Source: a bacterium
Lineage (GTDB): Bacteria > Hinthialibacterota > Hinthialibacteria > Hinthialibacterales > Hinthialibacteraceae
Reading direction: 5' to 3'
Assembly (NCBI GenBank): GCA_963663405.2
Contig: CAXXSM010000036.1
Location: 62,148-126,147 of the forward strand
DNA: 64,000 nucleotides
Positions 40,301 through 53,500 of this stretch are shown one piece after another (position 1 is the stretch's first letter; each line of letters opens with the position of its first letter). The translations under genes and the position numbers were made by a program. Below the pieces are notes generated by a model. That model worked only from the letters and a program-made list of their open reading frames with translations, had not been told where the DNA came from and did no database searches.

Positions 40301-42443
40301 TGGGCCCTACGATTCCCTCCCACCGGTCAGCAACGCTAAAAATATCATCACGATCGGAGCCACAACGGATAACGGCGCCATGACCTCCTTCAGCGCCTGG
40401 GGACCAACCAACGACGGCCGCGTCAAACCCGATCTCTGCGCCAATGGGCATGGATTGATCTCAACTCTTCCGAATAACGGCTATGGCAATTCGTCTGGAA
40501 CCTCGATGGCTGCGCCCGCCGCGTGTGGAGCCGCCTCGCTGCTTTATCAACTCTACCAATCCGAAACGGGCGAAGAACCGAAGCCGGAAACAATGAAAGC
40601 CCTTCTCATTCATGGCGCGGTGGATCGGGGCCGAACCGGCCCCGATTACGTATACGGTTGGGGAACAATCGACGCGAAACAAAGCGCGGATTTAATCAAG
40701 GGACGATCGTGGCGAACCGGATCACTGATCACTGGAATCGCGCGGACCTACCAAGTAATAATTCCCCCCGGCGCGGAGAAACTGAAAGTTACCCTGGCGT
40801 GGACTGATCCACCTGGCTCCCCTTCAGCGGTGAAGGCTTTGGTAAACGATTTGGATTTGCTGCTGACAGCCCCATCCGGCGCGCTGCATTGGCCTTGGGT
40901 ATTGAAAAAAAATCTCCCTGGCTGGACCGCTTCGCGGGGCGTAAACACAGTAGACAACATTGAACAAGTATCAATTAACAATCCAGAACCAGGCGTATGG
41001 ACCCTCGAAGTCCAGGGAACCGCAATCCCATGGGAACCACAGGAATACACACTCGTTTCCGAATCGTTCCAGCAAAGCGTTTCTCCACAATCATTCCACA
41101 TTTATAACGATGGAACGGGAACGCTGGATGTGACATCCATGTCTCTAGAAGATGGCGATTGGATCACACTCTCCCCCCAAGCGCCATTCTCAATCGCGCC
41201 TGGAGAAGAAAAGAAGATAGCCGTCTCAATCGATCGCAGCCGGGCTCCGCAAGGAAACGCAACAGGCAGAATTCTTGTCCAATCCAACGATCCTGACAAG
41301 AATCCATTCCCAAATGGCGTCTATGTATATATCAACACAAATGTGGAACCAACGCCAACGTTCACACCCGTTCCACCGACAGCGACATTTACTCCAACAT
41401 GCACACCAACCGCTACGGCGACGAATACACCTACAGCCACCTTCACGCCACAGCCTACCTCCACACCAGTGGTTCCTACAAAGACTCCGGTTCCAACAAA
41501 TACAGCGGGGCCACAGCCGACATCCACGCCGGTTATTAGACGATACACCTTCGATCCTCTTCCACTCACATTGGAGTCATTTGGATTTTTCCACTCTCCG
41601 GAAGACGCGAGTGTTCATATCGATCGTATTCCAGAAGATTACGAACGGTTTGAAGCGACGAATGGTGTCGGCGTGAGTATTGAACTACAAGCGGGACAAT
41701 CTGTAACCATCTCAGGATCGCCGATCAACGTACAAGAAGAACCGGTTCGTGAATCGGTCTGGTTCAATGTGAACAATGCGCAGGTTCAAATCGCCTTCGG
41801 CGCATTCACGGAAATCGATGGAAATTCCAGCGCTTATACATACTCTCTGCTCAATACATTGGAACTGGCGGAAAATGAATGGAGGAAAAACGAGATCGAA
41901 TTCGCCGCCGGGTATACCCGCGTCACCCCCTTCCTAATCGTGTCCAACGAAAGCCAGGAAGACGCGCTCGTCTATTTTGACAATTTGGAAATCGCGCAAA
42001 ATGAGCCATCCACACTTGGAACACCGATTGATCCCGGCCCTTGGCAGCCGAATCTATGGATTTCCGAATCGGACGCGGGACTCGCATATGAAGATGGATC
42101 AGCGCTTGTTTTAGAGAAATGGACACAGCATAAGATCAGCCGATTCGTAATGGCGTATGAACAAACAACGTATCCCAACCGCGTCCATGTGGAGATTGAC
42201 GTAATCAAAGAATTTGGAACCACAGGTTCATTAACACTTTGGACGGGAAACGGCCCCAGCGCGTTTCAATCCAGTGTCCCCTTGGACGAGTTACCCATAG
42301 GGGAAATAAAAACCATCCAACTCTCCGGTGTTACTACGCGGAACGCTGGAGCCATGCACATCACAATTCAAATCGCTGGAGAAGACCGGCAACGCGTTCG
42401 GATTGAAGAGGTAAGGATTTTTGAAGCGGAGTATTCTTATTAG
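37308..42443 (+). CDS. Large secreted S8 (subtilisin-like) serine peptidase with PKD-like, PPC and PT-linker modules
   Basis: Catalytic triad contexts [15 protein letters not shown] and SGTSMAAP; SAGN, KPDL; two long Thr-Pro linkers. Confidence 0.92.
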   Translation: MMWIQRLLIFITTLFSCVSGFALDEPVPLSVDAGVEKTTYILHPTPLDATVQGGDGAYIYTWIIRFGPDLDYSQLSATNVEDPIFTPSLSGTYGLELTVVSGENAPVRDLVLITVQDLLTVNAGPDISIRILQPAQLDGTAQGGGASYIYLWEIVSGPDTDSSQFSAVNVEDPTFTPATLGTYVLQLTIDNAVQEPVSDTITVVVLPTISENTAIVTDGVDTYDDLSGDVDFDPISRRELVIRWNFEGENVEYLNVKDIQIYVRINYEDDYTYLGKTGTGAATFYSWNSDNALPVEPLSVKRAQSRAQYVFPSASGSIDPRFINGPEFGKLYQFRVYFLTKDGSPLFYGPFDTVASVAFLRKYETPTPFITYTPTKTPTATQTPTITNTPAETLTPTITNTPTETLTPSNTPTVTNTPTFTHTPTATYTPTVTNTPTVTPTYTPTNTPTAIYTSTPKPPYVEEAVTLYVNRTAVIRQIAEEGQSAWFRFQTNSTGVYTIETRRAPGQVSLDTIMLLYGPNSVSPFITMDDDGGLGTLSKITETLLGNSVYYIQVIAYDPPTGYYGIDIIEAERSSTPVPFPTMTSVPTKEPAPGDAQIRINPLTLQFPAGVSTSETALSENKKLLSPESDPDYRVFLKTGTIDADDHTSRSVYQSAIANETNCTKHFLIQFDQLPSQEEKEQLATQGITLLSYIPNYAYWAAVDPDSNAAFSLSNKSVKDRTRWSIPASSLIKLSPAAKAGLFPNNARRDDGRVETHVLIFADVDANNAEQIIEESGVECLGWTYPQTMRAACPPESLESLASLDIVEWVEPAPAPNQKDNADAARLSNVTDLYSMPYELNGKNVTIGLWDEGRVYPHHDFGSRLIAGDYGSSISDHATLTAGVLGGSGAGNALAKGMAPAVTLRSYDWEGDTFEMRMSARLGVRLTNHSYSEIVGWHFDEASNVWMDYGNSFMFGNYTSTTQEWDRVVQETNLIVFKSAGNDRSQGPDAWNNGPYRDGPYDSLPPVSNAKNIITIGATTDNGAMTSFSAWGPTNDGRVKPDLCANGHGLISTLPNNGYGNSSGTSMAAPAACGAASLLYQLYQSETGEEPKPETMKALLIHGAVDRGRTGPDYVYGWGTIDAKQSADLIKGRSWRTGSLITGIARTYQVIIPPGAEKLKVTLAWTDPPGSPSAVKALVNDLDLLLTAPSGALHWPWVLKKNLPGWTASRGVNTVDNIEQVSINNPEPGVWTLEVQGTAIPWEPQEYTLVSESFQQSVSPQSFHIYNDGTGTLDVTSMSLEDGDWITLSPQAPFSIAPGEEKKIAVSIDRSRAPQGNATGRILVQSNDPDKNPFPNGVYVYINTNVEPTPTFTPVPPTATFTPTCTPTATATNTPTATFTPQPTSTPVVPTKTPVPTNTAGPQPTSTPVIRRYTFDPLPLTLESFGFFHSPEDASVHIDRIPEDYERFEATNGVGVSIELQAGQSVTISGSPINVQEEPVRESVWFNVNNAQVQIAFGAFTEIDGNSSAYTYSLLNTLELAENEWRKNEIEFAAGYTRVTPFLIVSNESQEDALVYFDNLEIAQNEPSTLGTPIDPGPWQPNLWISESDAGLAYEDGSALVLEKWTQHKISRFVMAYEQTTYPNRVHVEIDVIKEFGTTGSLTLWTGNGPSAFQSSVPLDELPIGEIKTIQLSGVTTRNAGAMHITIQIAGEDRQRVRIEEVRIFEAEYSY

Positions 42444-42536
42444 ATTGAAACGCGAAGTGAATTAAAGTAACGCAAAAATAGAAAAAAACATATCCTTAGC
42501 GTTCTAGTCGAATCTCGGTATGTACTCACTTTTAAC

Positions 42537-42573
42537 GAAAAAACGGTGGGACTCAACCACAGAGCCCCACCGT
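42537..42573 (-). terminator. Intrinsic terminator for trpB2
   Basis: ACGGTGGG / CCCACCGT stem with an A-run on the left (U-run on the minus strand). Confidence 0.75.
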
Positions 42574-42608
42574 CTTCAATTCATTCAACTTGTAATACGA
42601 TACCTCTA

Positions 42609-43970
42609 TTACGCGCCGGGCACTTTGGGAAGTCTCGACAACGCCTCGGCTACTTTCTCCGCCGGATATTCATAATCCTGCAGTTCATTCGCTAGATACG
42701 CGTCATATGCGGTCATATCGAAATGACCGTGGCCGCAGAAATTGAAGAGGATCGTCTTTTCCTTGCCTTCTTCCTTGGCTTTCAAGGCTTGGTCCACTGC
42801 GCCGCGGATCGCATGCGCGCATTCCGGAGCGGGAATCACGCCTTCCGTTTTCGCAAAGAGAATCGCCGACTCGAAGGTGGCCAGCTGCTGCAGCGCGACC
42901 GGAGTCACCAATCCTTCTTCGATCGTGCAAGACAGCAATGGAGCCAATCCATGATATCGCAAACCACCGGAATGGAAAGCGGGCGGAATGAAATCATGTC
43001 CAAGTGTGTGCATACGGATCAGCGGCGTCATTTTCGCGATGTCACCGAAATCGTACGTCAACATGCCTTTTGTCATGCTGGGACACGCGGCGGGTTCTGT
43101 CGCGATGATCTCGATATCCTGCCCATTCGCCTTGTCGACCGCGTAGGGGAACGCCAAGCCCGCGAAATTACTGCCTCCACCCACGCAACCAACTACGACA
43201 TCGGGCGTTGTGTTGATTTTCTCAAACTGCTTTTTCGCTTCCAAACCGATGATCGTCTGATGAAGCAACACATGATTGAGCACACTGCCCAACGCGTACT
43301 TCGTATCATCATGCGTAGCGGCGTCTTCCACCGCTTCACTGATCGCGATCCCTAAACTGCCCGGCATATCCGGATCTTTTTCAAGAATGGCGCGGCCCGT
43401 GTTCGTCACGTTACTCGGACTGGGATAAATATCGGCGCCCCACGCGCGGATCATCGACCGGCGGTAGGGTTTCTGCTCGTAACTGACCTTCACCATATAG
43501 ACGGTGCATTCCAGATCGAAGAAACTGCACGCGAAAGACAGCGCGCTGCCCCATTGACCCGCTCCGGTTTCGGTCGAAATCCGCTTCACGCCTTCCTGCT
43601 TATTGTAATACGCCTGCGCGACGGCGGTGTTTGGTTTGTGACTGCCCGGAGGGCTGACCGATTCTTTTTTATAATAAATCTTCGCGGGTGTGTCCAACGC
43701 TTTTTCAAGCCCGTACGCGCGGTACAAGGGCGTCGGACGCCACAGCGTTAAAATATCCAGAACCGGTTCGGGAATATCAATCCACGGATCTGTGCTCATC
43801 TCCTGCTGCAACAGCGCCATCGGGAAAATCGCCGCCATTTTTTCCGGCGCGATCGGTTCTCCTGTTCCCGGATCCAAATACGGCGCAGGCGGAGTCTTTA
43901 AATAGGGGGCGATATTCAGCCATTTCTTTGGGATTTCATCTTCGGTAAGCGTGATTTTTCTGTGGAGCAT
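42609..43970 (-). CDS. trpB2: TrpB-like PLP-dependent enzyme (TrpB2)
   Basis: [63 protein letters not shown]. Confidence 0.95.
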   Translation of the reverse strand: MLHRKITLTEDEIPKKWLNIAPYLKTPPAPYLDPGTGEPIAPEKMAAIFPMALLQQEMSTDPWIDIPEPVLDILTLWRPTPLYRAYGLEKALDTPAKIYYKKESVSPPGSHKPNTAVAQAYYNKQEGVKRISTETGAGQWGSALSFACSFFDLECTVYMVKVSYEQKPYRRSMIRAWGADIYPSPSNVTNTGRAILEKDPDMPGSLGIAISEAVEDAATHDDTKYALGSVLNHVLLHQTIIGLEAKKQFEKINTTPDVVVGCVGGGSNFAGLAFPYAVDKANGQDIEIIATEPAACPSMTKGMLTYDFGDIAKMTPLIRMHTLGHDFIPPAFHSGGLRYHGLAPLLSCTIEEGLVTPVALQQLATFESAILFAKTEGVIPAPECAHAIRGAVDQALKAKEEGKEKTILFNFCGHGHFDMTAYDAYLANELQDYEYPAEKVAEALSRLPKVPGA

Positions 43971-44172
43971 AATCTCTTCCTTTTTATTCACATTCTTTTC
44001 CGGCGCCGCTGGGATTTGACATAGCGCAAAAACTTGGACGGGCCGTCATTAAAATTATACTAAATTAAATCAATTGATCCCGCTTACCAAGTGGAACGAG
44101 TCAATTTACAGAAAAAAAGCGGGTAATGTCGCCATCACCCGCTCGAATACGTGTTTTATTATAAAAATAGTA

Positions 44173-45291
44173 TTACTTTTTCAATTTCTTACATTCGCAG
44201 GCCGCAGCGGTTTTGTCCTCAGCCTTGGCGCACTGCGCTTTCTGGCAGCATTGCGTACACTTCGCTCCATATTCACGAACGAAATCAACGCATTCCTTAA
44301 TTTCTGGAACCGACGTGGTCCAGTTGTGCTCATATTCGATTGAAATATTGCCCGTAAATCCTTGGCGCTGCAGTTCGTCCAACGCGCCTTTCAGATCCCC
44401 GGCGCCTTTACCATACGGCACATCATGCGCGCCGGACTGATCCGCTTCTTCGCGTGTAGGGCTGAATTTATTGAGATCTTTGAGATGGCAGCTGATAATC
44501 CGCCCATCCAGAATCTTCAAACCGTCCACCGGTTTGATATTCGAACGCATCCAATGACCTGTATCCGCGCAGGCGCCCATCCGGCAATCGCGGTCTTTCA
44601 CACACGAAAGAACATATTCCGGATCCCAATATTTATACTCCGGATGCTGGCCGCTCTTCCCATGATTGTGTATGGCCAGTTTGATGTCATATTCCTTCAC
44701 CAAGTTTTCAAGCAAATCAAAACACCCTGCCGCCGGTTCTGATGTGATGCAGGGAATTCCCATCACTTTGGCGAAATCAAACACTTTCCGATTGGCTTCC
44801 TCATCGTTCCCCATACCGACAACGCCGTAATTGACCAGTTTGATCCCTTCTTGGTCCAATTTGATCTTCGCCTTGGCCCAGACATCAACAGGAGATTCAT
44901 GACTGAACGGACGGGGATCATCCGGACTCAGTTTCTGTCCCGGATACGCTTCAATCACTTTACAGCCGGTTTCTTTCGTCTTCTCAATCGCTTCGAAAAA
45001 CGAATACCGGTTGAAAGAATACGCCTGGCAGCCAATCAGAAAACCACCAACCCGCAAACCGCAACCATCATTCGCGCAACTACAGGGACAAGAAGCGCAG
45101 CATTTTTCAGCTTTCGGGCATTGCCTTTCACTCGCGCAGCATTTCGCCTCCGCTTTCGGACATTGCCCCTCACTCGCGCAACAAGTTTCATCGCTCTTTG
45201 CGTTCTCAGACGCGAATGTCTCAATCGGCGCGGCGCTTAATGCGATCAACGCGATCGCAGCAATAATACTGAATGTGAATAATCTCTTCAT
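44173..45291 (-). CDS. Secreted sugar phosphate isomerase/epimerase (TIM barrel) with Cys-rich extensions
   Basis: QAYSF, IEAYPG, AIHNHG, CADTGHW, HLKDL, SIEYE; signal peptide starting MKRLFT. Confidence 0.88.
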   Translation of the reverse strand: MKRLFTFSIIAAIALIALSAAPIETFASENAKSDETCCASEGQCPKAEAKCCASERQCPKAEKCCASCPCSCANDGCGLRVGGFLIGCQAYSFNRYSFFEAIEKTKETGCKVIEAYPGQKLSPDDPRPFSHESPVDVWAKAKIKLDQEGIKLVNYGVVGMGNDEEANRKVFDFAKVMGIPCITSEPAAGCFDLLENLVKEYDIKLAIHNHGKSGQHPEYKYWDPEYVLSCVKDRDCRMGACADTGHWMRSNIKPVDGLKILDGRIISCHLKDLNKFSPTREEADQSGAHDVPYGKGAGDLKGALDELQRQGFTGNISIEYEHNWTTSVPEIKECVDFVREYGAKCTQCCQKAQCAKAEDKTAAACECKKLKK

Positions 45292-45622
45292 ACTGGTTTT
45301 CCTCCATTTATTCCTTTTTTTCAATCGTTGATCCGCAGCTCATCGGTATGAATCCTGCAAAAAAAGAAACACCCCGAACAGCGCGGCTTTGGAATACTGT
45401 GGATTATATCGAAAATATAACAATTCCAAGACCCGCATCGAACGCGGATACCCAAAATAGTATATCTTCGCCCAACGAATCATTACTAAAATGGTAATGA
45501 TTAAAATTAAAAAAATTTTTTACTCAAACTTATTTTCCTTACGAGTTTTCATTTCGAATAAAAATTTCTTTTTTAAACGATATAAGAATAAAAATGAAAA
45601 TAAACCAAAACCTTACCTTTCT

Positions 45623-45862
45623 TCAATATCTTCCTTCCTCGATAAGATCCCGCACGTTTAAGCCGCCAAGAGAATTCCTTTCGGATAATTTATCTAATTC
45701 TTTAAATATTTGACGAATACGATCAGTGGATGGGGAGTGAACAGGAATCAATTGCGCAATAGGAGATCCATGTTTCGTGATCGTGAAACTTTCCCCCTTC
45801 CCGACACGGGCGATCAACTCAGAGAAATGATTTTTTGCGTCGGTTAATTTGATCTCTTCCAT
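45623..45862 (-). CDS. Phd/YefM-family antitoxin
   Basis: DAKNHFSELIARVGKGESFTITKHGSPIAQLIP...DLIEEGR; AAGGAG RBS. Confidence 0.88.
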   Translation of the reverse strand: MEEIKLTDAKNHFSELIARVGKGESFTITKHGSPIAQLIPVHSPSTDRIRQIFKELDKLSERNSLGGLNVRDLIEEGRY

Positions 45863-46309
45863 TATGAAACACTCCTTAGAATAAAAACCTTCAACCTTCA
45901 ACCGAAACACTTATAGAGCTATTTTTGCGGCCTTCCCCCTAATATATAGGGGGCCGCAAGCTAGCAGCGGCCATCATCAAACGAAGCGCTGTGAAAGGAG
46001 CCTTGGATCCCACGTTTTTGATTAGAGATGGAAACGTGAAATCAAGGCGAATCGGCAGCATTCCTGGAATAAACGCCACGATCCATCGCATCATATGGAT
46101 CGCCCTATGGTTCCAGAAAAAAAGGAATCCGGCGGAATGGTGGAGCAGACGCCGGGAGCCTCATCCGTACCGTGAGGCAGCGGTTCGGTTTTGGATCATG
46201 GGTCAAAGAAAGACGCAGCCAACGCAAATGATACAAACCCTAAAAAAGTTGGGCGCCCAACACAATCAAAAATGAAGGAGAAAAAAAAGAGATTCAATCC
46301 ACAGTATGA

Positions 46310-47215
46310 TTAATAATAAAGCGGCCAATTAATAGCGGACGACTCCCTTTCCGGACTGTTGGAATCGAGTATGACGCCGTTCCCCGTGCGGAAATAATCC
46401 ACGGTGATCTGGCCGCGTGTATTCCCCTGAAAACCGATCTGAATAATCCCATCCGCGTCAACATCGGGCGTTCCCCATCCATTCCATCCACTGCCGGGCA
46501 TATCCACTAAAGCCGGTTCATCGAAATTTCGGTCGATGTACAGTGTCCACGGTGAATGGTCGCCCAACGCGCGTTCGGGCCAATCATCGCCCTCAAACGC
46601 CTCACCGAAATTAATCAATGGATAGTTGATCACCTTCTCGTCATACAAGAGATAATCCAATTCACACACAAAAGTAATGACATGAAATTCCGAAAAGTCT
46701 ACAGCGGCTTTCGGCAGGTTTTCGTTCGCAAAATAGCGGCTTCCGATTTCATTCTTGTCAAAACTGCATAACCACGTTCGCCCATTCGAGTATGTGTCAA
46801 CCTCTCCACCGGGCTGATTTTTAACCGGATAGATAGACGCGCGGTCACCGTGGTCATCAGGAGCGCCGTTATTCGGTCCTCCGATCTGATCTACGCGGAC
46901 GCGGAACTCATACGTAAACGCCCATACATCCACACTCAGATCATCCGGCTCGATCCAAGAGACATCATGCGTCAAATAAATAGTGGAACTATCCGCTCCC
47001 AGCCGTGTGACGGTAACTGTGCCGTCACTATTTTGAGTAATATCCGCCTGCGTTCGCGGTGGTTGGAAAATATACCATCCTTCCGCCTCGTAATCATCGA
47101 GTACACTGACGATATCCCACTCCTGCGCGAAAGCGACGCTCGATGCCAAAAGAACAAACAACGTGATCGCAATCCTTTTCATCAGAATAACCTCCCATTC
47201 GGACGTATGTTTCAC
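46310..47215 (-). CDS. Acidic secreted hypothetical protein
   Basis: Signal peptide MKRIAITLFVLLASSVAFA; ends SSAINWPLYY. Confidence 0.8.
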   Translation of the reverse strand: MKHTSEWEVILMKRIAITLFVLLASSVAFAQEWDIVSVLDDYEAEGWYIFQPPRTQADITQNSDGTVTVTRLGADSSTIYLTHDVSWIEPDDLSVDVWAFTYEFRVRVDQIGGPNNGAPDDHGDRASIYPVKNQPGGEVDTYSNGRTWLCSFDKNEIGSRYFANENLPKAAVDFSEFHVITFVCELDYLLYDEKVINYPLINFGEAFEGDDWPERALGDHSPWTLYIDRNFDEPALVDMPGSGWNGWGTPDVDADGIIQIGFQGNTRGQITVDYFRTGNGVILDSNSPERESSAINWPLYY

Positions 47216-47552
47216 AAATATTCCTCAACCTATCATATTATTCATGCGAAAGCAATGTTTTTTTGTTTTGGAAAAGCCTATTGCCTTGAATTGCTGGCTA
47301 AAAATGAAGCATAGATCTCCATATCGTTGACCTTACTTATATCCTTAAAAATCTACAGGCCGATGTTCAAAAAAAAAACATCCGTCCTCGATATAATCCC
47401 CCCTCTCAATTTTCAACAGGATATCTTCTTCATACGAAGGATAAAACATCCGTTTTTATTGCTTGATTTACAATTAAAAATGATCGTTTCTTCATTTGAT
47501 TCATGCTACGATATGGTTGGTGAGTCACCACCTTTAGGAAGGATTAAAAACC

Positions 47553-50500
47553 ATGCAAGGACGTCTCGCGCTTTTATCTTTGTTGATCTTACAAACCATC
47601 GCGTCATACGCTGATTTTCCCACCGAATATTTCCCTGACGGGCCCCGGCCGCGTTTGTGGTTGACACAAGAGCGGCTCAGTGAGCTGCAAAAGGCGCGGG
47701 ATATGGAGGCGTTCGTCTGGCAGGAATTCTCCAGTGAAACCGATCGCTATTTAACGGAGGATCATTGGGACGGTCCCGCTCCATTGATTCCTTATATGGC
47801 GCTGATGTATGTTCTAACGGAAGATCAAAAATACGCCGATCGCGCGTTCGAATTAATGGATCAGCTGCCCGATACACCGGAACCCACCTATTCCATTTAT
47901 ACTCATCATTGTTATGCCGCATTGGCGTTTGATTGGCTCTATACCAACCCCGCTATGACACCAACGCGGCGGGAGACCTACGCGCGCCAGATGACCGGTT
48001 GGAGCGATCTCGTATGGCAAGAGATCAACCATGAGGGAACCGTGAGTGAATCATCAAGAGAACTCATCGCTTCGGGAGCCGCGCATCTGCTTTTCGGCTG
48101 CGCGTTATATGGGGAAACGCCGGAAGCGCAAACGATGTTGGATCGCGCCTGGCTCCTTTGGGAACAAGGCCAGGGGCCTGTGGAGGAAGCGCGGTCAATC
48201 TCTTCCATGATTCGTGAAACGATCGGCGGGCATTGGTATCGAGGGATGCCGCTGTTCCAAGGCATTGACCAAAATGGATTGACTGTGTATTGGACGACTC
48301 TTCGAACCGCTTGTGGATACGATATCGATCAAATGGAACCAGAGTTAGCCCCCTTCTGGCCCAATGTCCTGCGGACAATACTCGATCTGACGGACCCTCC
48401 CCGCGCGCGTTTTCATCACACGGGTGAAACAGGCAATGAAAATGTGATCGTGGAATGGCCCTGGGCTCTCGCGTTGCTCAATCAAGCGATCTATCTATCG
48501 GCTCAATCCGGAAATGAGAAATGGGCTTCATATGGACAATATTACGCGGAAGAGATCGATGGGCGGATTGAGTATATTAATGATGATTTCTGGCCGTTTT
48601 TCTTCTTTACTCCCTCAGTGGAGAACGTTGATCCATATCACGCTGGAATTCCCCCAATCCGATACTGTCCAGGATTGAAATGGCTGTTTTTCCGTGATAG
48701 TTGGGAAACGTCGGCGAATTGGGGAATGCTGTCGGGACAGGGCAGTACAAACATTGATGGCCATATGTTGGATGTAGGGCATTTTACGCTTTGGCGGGAA
48801 GATGATTTCTTGACCAAGGATTGCCCGCAAAATTCCTCCTATTATGGAACCTGGCAGGCGTTTAATTCTCTCTCAATTCAAAACGGCGAGGAAAACGGTA
48901 AGCCGATCCAGTCAGAGCCGCGGGGCCCTGCGTCTTTCGAGCGGTATCGGATCAATAATACCGAACCGCTTTTCGCGTACGCCATGATCCAGGCCGATGA
49001 CCAGTGGGATGGTGAAGACATCGCCCGTGTCGATTCTTACCCGCCGCCATTTCTTTTGGGCCGGAGATTATTCAATTATTCTCGACCGTGTGCGCACAAA
49101 CGATCCAGGCTGGGTAAAATACCGGCTGCGCGCGCTGACTCCCCCAACATTGGACGGGAAAACAATTTCGCAGCTAAGTCCCAACGGCAAACATAAACTC
49201 TTACACCGCACTCTCTCTCCTGATAACTGTTCGTTTCAATTAATCGATGAGACCACCGCTTGGGATGGCAAAGTCGATGATTGGGTCATCGATTTGAACG
49301 ATCGGAAATGGCAGTATGAAATCCAAGCGGATAACACGAACCGGGTGAATTTTCTAAACGTGATCCAAATGGGACCCGTGGAAATGCAGGATTTCGACAC
49401 GCTGCAATCCATCATGGGAAATGGAAACCTTGGCGCGCGGCTGGGGGATTGGGTCGTTGTCTTCATGGATGAAAATCTGCTTCGATCGGAGACACAGTAT
49501 ACCATCCAATCACCAGTTCCGGGGATGAAGCATCTCGTCTGTGACCTGGAAGCGGGTGTTTATGTTATCAATATCAATGGAACGGATTCGCGTCTCGCTG
49601 TGGTCCAGGAGGGAGACAACACAGCTTATTTTGAAACGGACACAACGCAGAGTCCATTGATCGTGGCGCTGTCTCAAACCAACGAAATCACTCCAACGCC
49701 AACGATTCCGCCAACCACTACCCCGCCGTCAAGTACTCCAAAGCCGGCCGCCACACACACGCCTCAAATCTCTCCCACACCCTCACCAACGCTGGGGCCG
49801 ATGATCTGTGTGGATGATGATAACACAACCGGCGCCGAAGACGGCACGGCGCTGCATCCATATAACACGATTCAGGAAGCGATCGACTCCGCTCCGATGG
49901 GCGAACAAAAAACAATCGTGGTAGCGGCGGGCGTTTATCAAGAGAATCTTGTGATCGAGAATAAAATCATTCAACTCCAAGGCGGGTATGCGGGAGGTTC
50001 CGCGGTCATGTACGCCAATGGAGAGGGAGGCGCGTTTGTTGAACGTAATCCCGAATCGGCGGTTGTTACCTCAATCCAGGGCGATGGAACTTCATCCGTC
50101 GTGACGTCGATTGAATCAGAAACCATCATAGATGGTTTCCATATTACGGCTGGAACCGGATACCGGGATATATACATCGCTCAAGGCGTCGCCATTCATG
50201 GAGGGGGGATTTATTGTGTTGGCGGCGGGATTCGTATCCGGAATAACATTATTGAGGGAAACGATATTCGCCATCCCGGCTCTCCCGATCTAACAGGGAA
50301 CGGCGGGGGGATTTACGTTGATGATTGTGAATATTTCCATCTCAACAATAACATTATTCGGAACAACTACGGAGGACGGGGAGCCGGCGTCGCGGCGCTG
50401 AATGTAAACGGCGCGTCTATCCATAACAACATCATCCAAGGCAATGTCGGAATTAGCGATCATGGAGGCGGGCTCTATCTCAGCGGTGATTTGGATATTT

Positions 50501-53500
50501 ATGAAAATATCATTGAGAACAATGAAATCGGCCGTGATTTAGGTTGGGGCTGGGGTGGTGGGATTATTGTATTCGGTTTGAATACAAACGCTGTGTTTTC
50601 ACAAAATATAATCCGCCATAATTATTCACCCAATTCAGGCACAGGCGTATATGTCGATGAAGCGGCGAGAGCGGATCTCTACCATGATTTAATATACAAG
50701 AATGAAGGAGAAACGGGGGCGGTCGCCGTGGATGGTGGAGAAGATGGAGAATCCAGCCTTTCACTAACAAATTGCACGATCGCCGATAATCAAGGCCGAG
50801 CCGATCTTACCGGACATGGGCTGCGGGTGGAATCGCTTGCGCGGGCGAGTGTGTTGAATTGTATCGTTTGGGGAAACGGCGGCGATGATTTTGATGAATT
50901 CGATCCTGGAACACTCACCGTTCAATACACCGATTCTGAAGAGCCGATCGCAGGTACCGGCAATTTCTCAAGCGATCCATTATTCGCCGATCCTGAAAAT
51001 AACGATTATCATCTGCAATCCACAGGCGGGCGATGGGATCCCACGATGAATAATGGAGATGGCGGATGGATTCTAGACGCGTTCTATAGCCCATGTATCG
51101 ATAAAGGGGATATCAATTCAGAGTATTCTGTAGAGATAACTCCCAATGGAGGGCGGATCAATGTAGGAGCCTATGGTAACACCCCGGAAGCCAGCCGCAC
51201 CGATCCAGACTATATTCCACCGGTTAACACACCGACTGAAACGTTGACTCCTACTGCAACCGGAACGCCTGCTCCGACAGTAACGCTTGTTCCAAGTCCC
51301 ACTTACACACTAACTCATACAGAGACGCCGACATTTACACAGACACCGACGATTACGCCGACTCCAATCCCCCCAAGTTTAGAACTGCTGCGAGTGTTTA
51401 CATTGAATTCTGCGAATGAGTTTATTGAAATCCCCGGTGGATATGACTCGTTCCCAAGCGGATCATTTGAAATGGGCGCGCTTCCGGATGGGCCGGAGGA
51501 TATGACGGACGGTTTTGGAGTTCGCATTATCGCTAAGCCGGGAGAGGTGGAACTTTTACAATTTCCGCCATTGCCTCTGGGCGAAGATATGGCGGCGCTG
51601 CGTGTGACAGTCCGTGCGGATCGTCCGGGAGCCGCTGTGGCGTTCGTGGGGCTTGATGGCTCGATGGATGGATCGATCGCGACGAACATTCCCGCAAACA
51701 GCCACATTTTCCTTAACGAGTATGACCGGATGACAGTCGTATTCGATCCCCCTGGAACAATGGTGGTTCCAATCATTCAGGTTGATAATTTGCGGGGATT
51801 TGAAACGGTTACGGTCTATTTCGATAATCTGGAAGTCTATAAGCTTCCTCATGAGGGATATATTCCCCACCGCTTTTTGCATGGAGAGACTGTTGAACTC
51901 TCTCCCGTAGCGCCCGGAGAGAAAACACCCATTCCAACGCCTTCGACAATCTGCCTTGATGACGGCTGTGAGTTAATCCGCGTCTTTCCGTTTGAGGCCG
52001 CTTCGGAATTCTCTGAATATCCAGGAGGATTCATTGATGCCGCTTCGGGTACCGTTGTTCTTAGTGAGATCCCCAGCGGCCCGGATGGATTCACTGATGG
52101 CCAGGGGGCTGTAGTAACAACGGCCCCGGAGCAGGTTCATCTGTTGATGTTTCCAACGTTGGATGTTGGTGAGGATATGGTTCTCCTGCGTTTATCAGTA
52201 CGATCAACCGGTTCAGGAGCGGCGGTGGCGCTGGCGGCGGTGGATGGCTCGATGGATGGTTCGATCGCGACATTTATTCCCGCGGACAGCGCGATCTTTC
52301 AGGATGAATACAAGCGTATGGTCATCGTGTATGATCCACCAGGAACCAGCGTTGCCCCTGTCTTCCAATTGGCGAATATCGGCGGTCACGAAGACGTTGC
52401 CGTTTATATCGATAATCTGGAAGTGTTCCGGCTGCCTCGAATGGGATACATACCGAATCAATTACTATACGGCGTGTCCATTGAACCAACGCCTCCTCCA
52501 ACCGATACGCCGGTTCCTTCACCAATACAAGAAGACACATTTATACCAACACCAGAAGCCACGGTTCCACCTACATCCATTCCAACACAACCCGCAGGCC
52601 GTGATGGCTTGTTCCAAGGAATCGGCGGGGGGGGAGCGCTCTTCTCACCATCGATGAGCGTTCACAATCCGGATACGATTTTCCTATCCACCGATATGGG
52701 CAACCAATATTACAGTCATGATTTCGGACGCCACTGGAAGAATATCGATTTCAGACAGTTTCAAGGAAACCGGTACTCCACGGTCCGTTTCACATCCGAT
52801 CCATCCATCTTGTATGGAATATCCGTGACGGATGATTTGCGCGGAGAGCGAAGCACACCGATGAAAAGCCTCGATGGAGGACTGACGTGGGAGCCGCTGA
52901 CGGTTGATCCAACTGATCCAGGACTTGGCGGGGAAGCGTATTCGCTCCACGCCGATCCATATTCAACCGGCCGCCTTTTTGTCGCTGATTATGGTGAACT
53001 CTATTTTTCCGATGATGGAGGAGACAGTTTCCGGCTTGTGTATGAAACCGATCATGGTGGAGGCGTCTATGTGGGTGGAGTGTTTTGGGATGGAAACGAT
53101 ATTTTCCTTTCGACATTGGATGGTTTGTTGGTCTCCACAAACGGTGGAGCGGATTTTGAACTCTCTTCGATTGGCGGCATTCCCGAAGGGAATACGATCG
53201 CATCCTTCGCGGGAGCCAAAGAGAATGGAACCATCCGTTTCTTTGTAGTAACCAGTTCAGACAACGTATGGAGCGGTATGGATGATCTCGATTTCCTTTG
53301 GGGGTACACAGGCGTCTACCGCTTGGATTGGGGGGAAGAAAATTGGACCCGCGTCAATGACGAGATCCCGGAATGTGTCATCCCGCAATTTGTGGGGATG
53401 GCGTTGAATGACATCGATACGGTCTATGTGGGCGGCGGGAAAATCTATCCCTGCGAGGGAGAGCCGATTGTTTGGAAAAGCGCCGATGGTGGAGAAACGT

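Noticed and set aside
45960-46290. Possible ncRNA or small ORF in the intergenic region
   Set aside because: No recognisable motif, RBS or convincing structure beyond one hairpin at 45925-45959.
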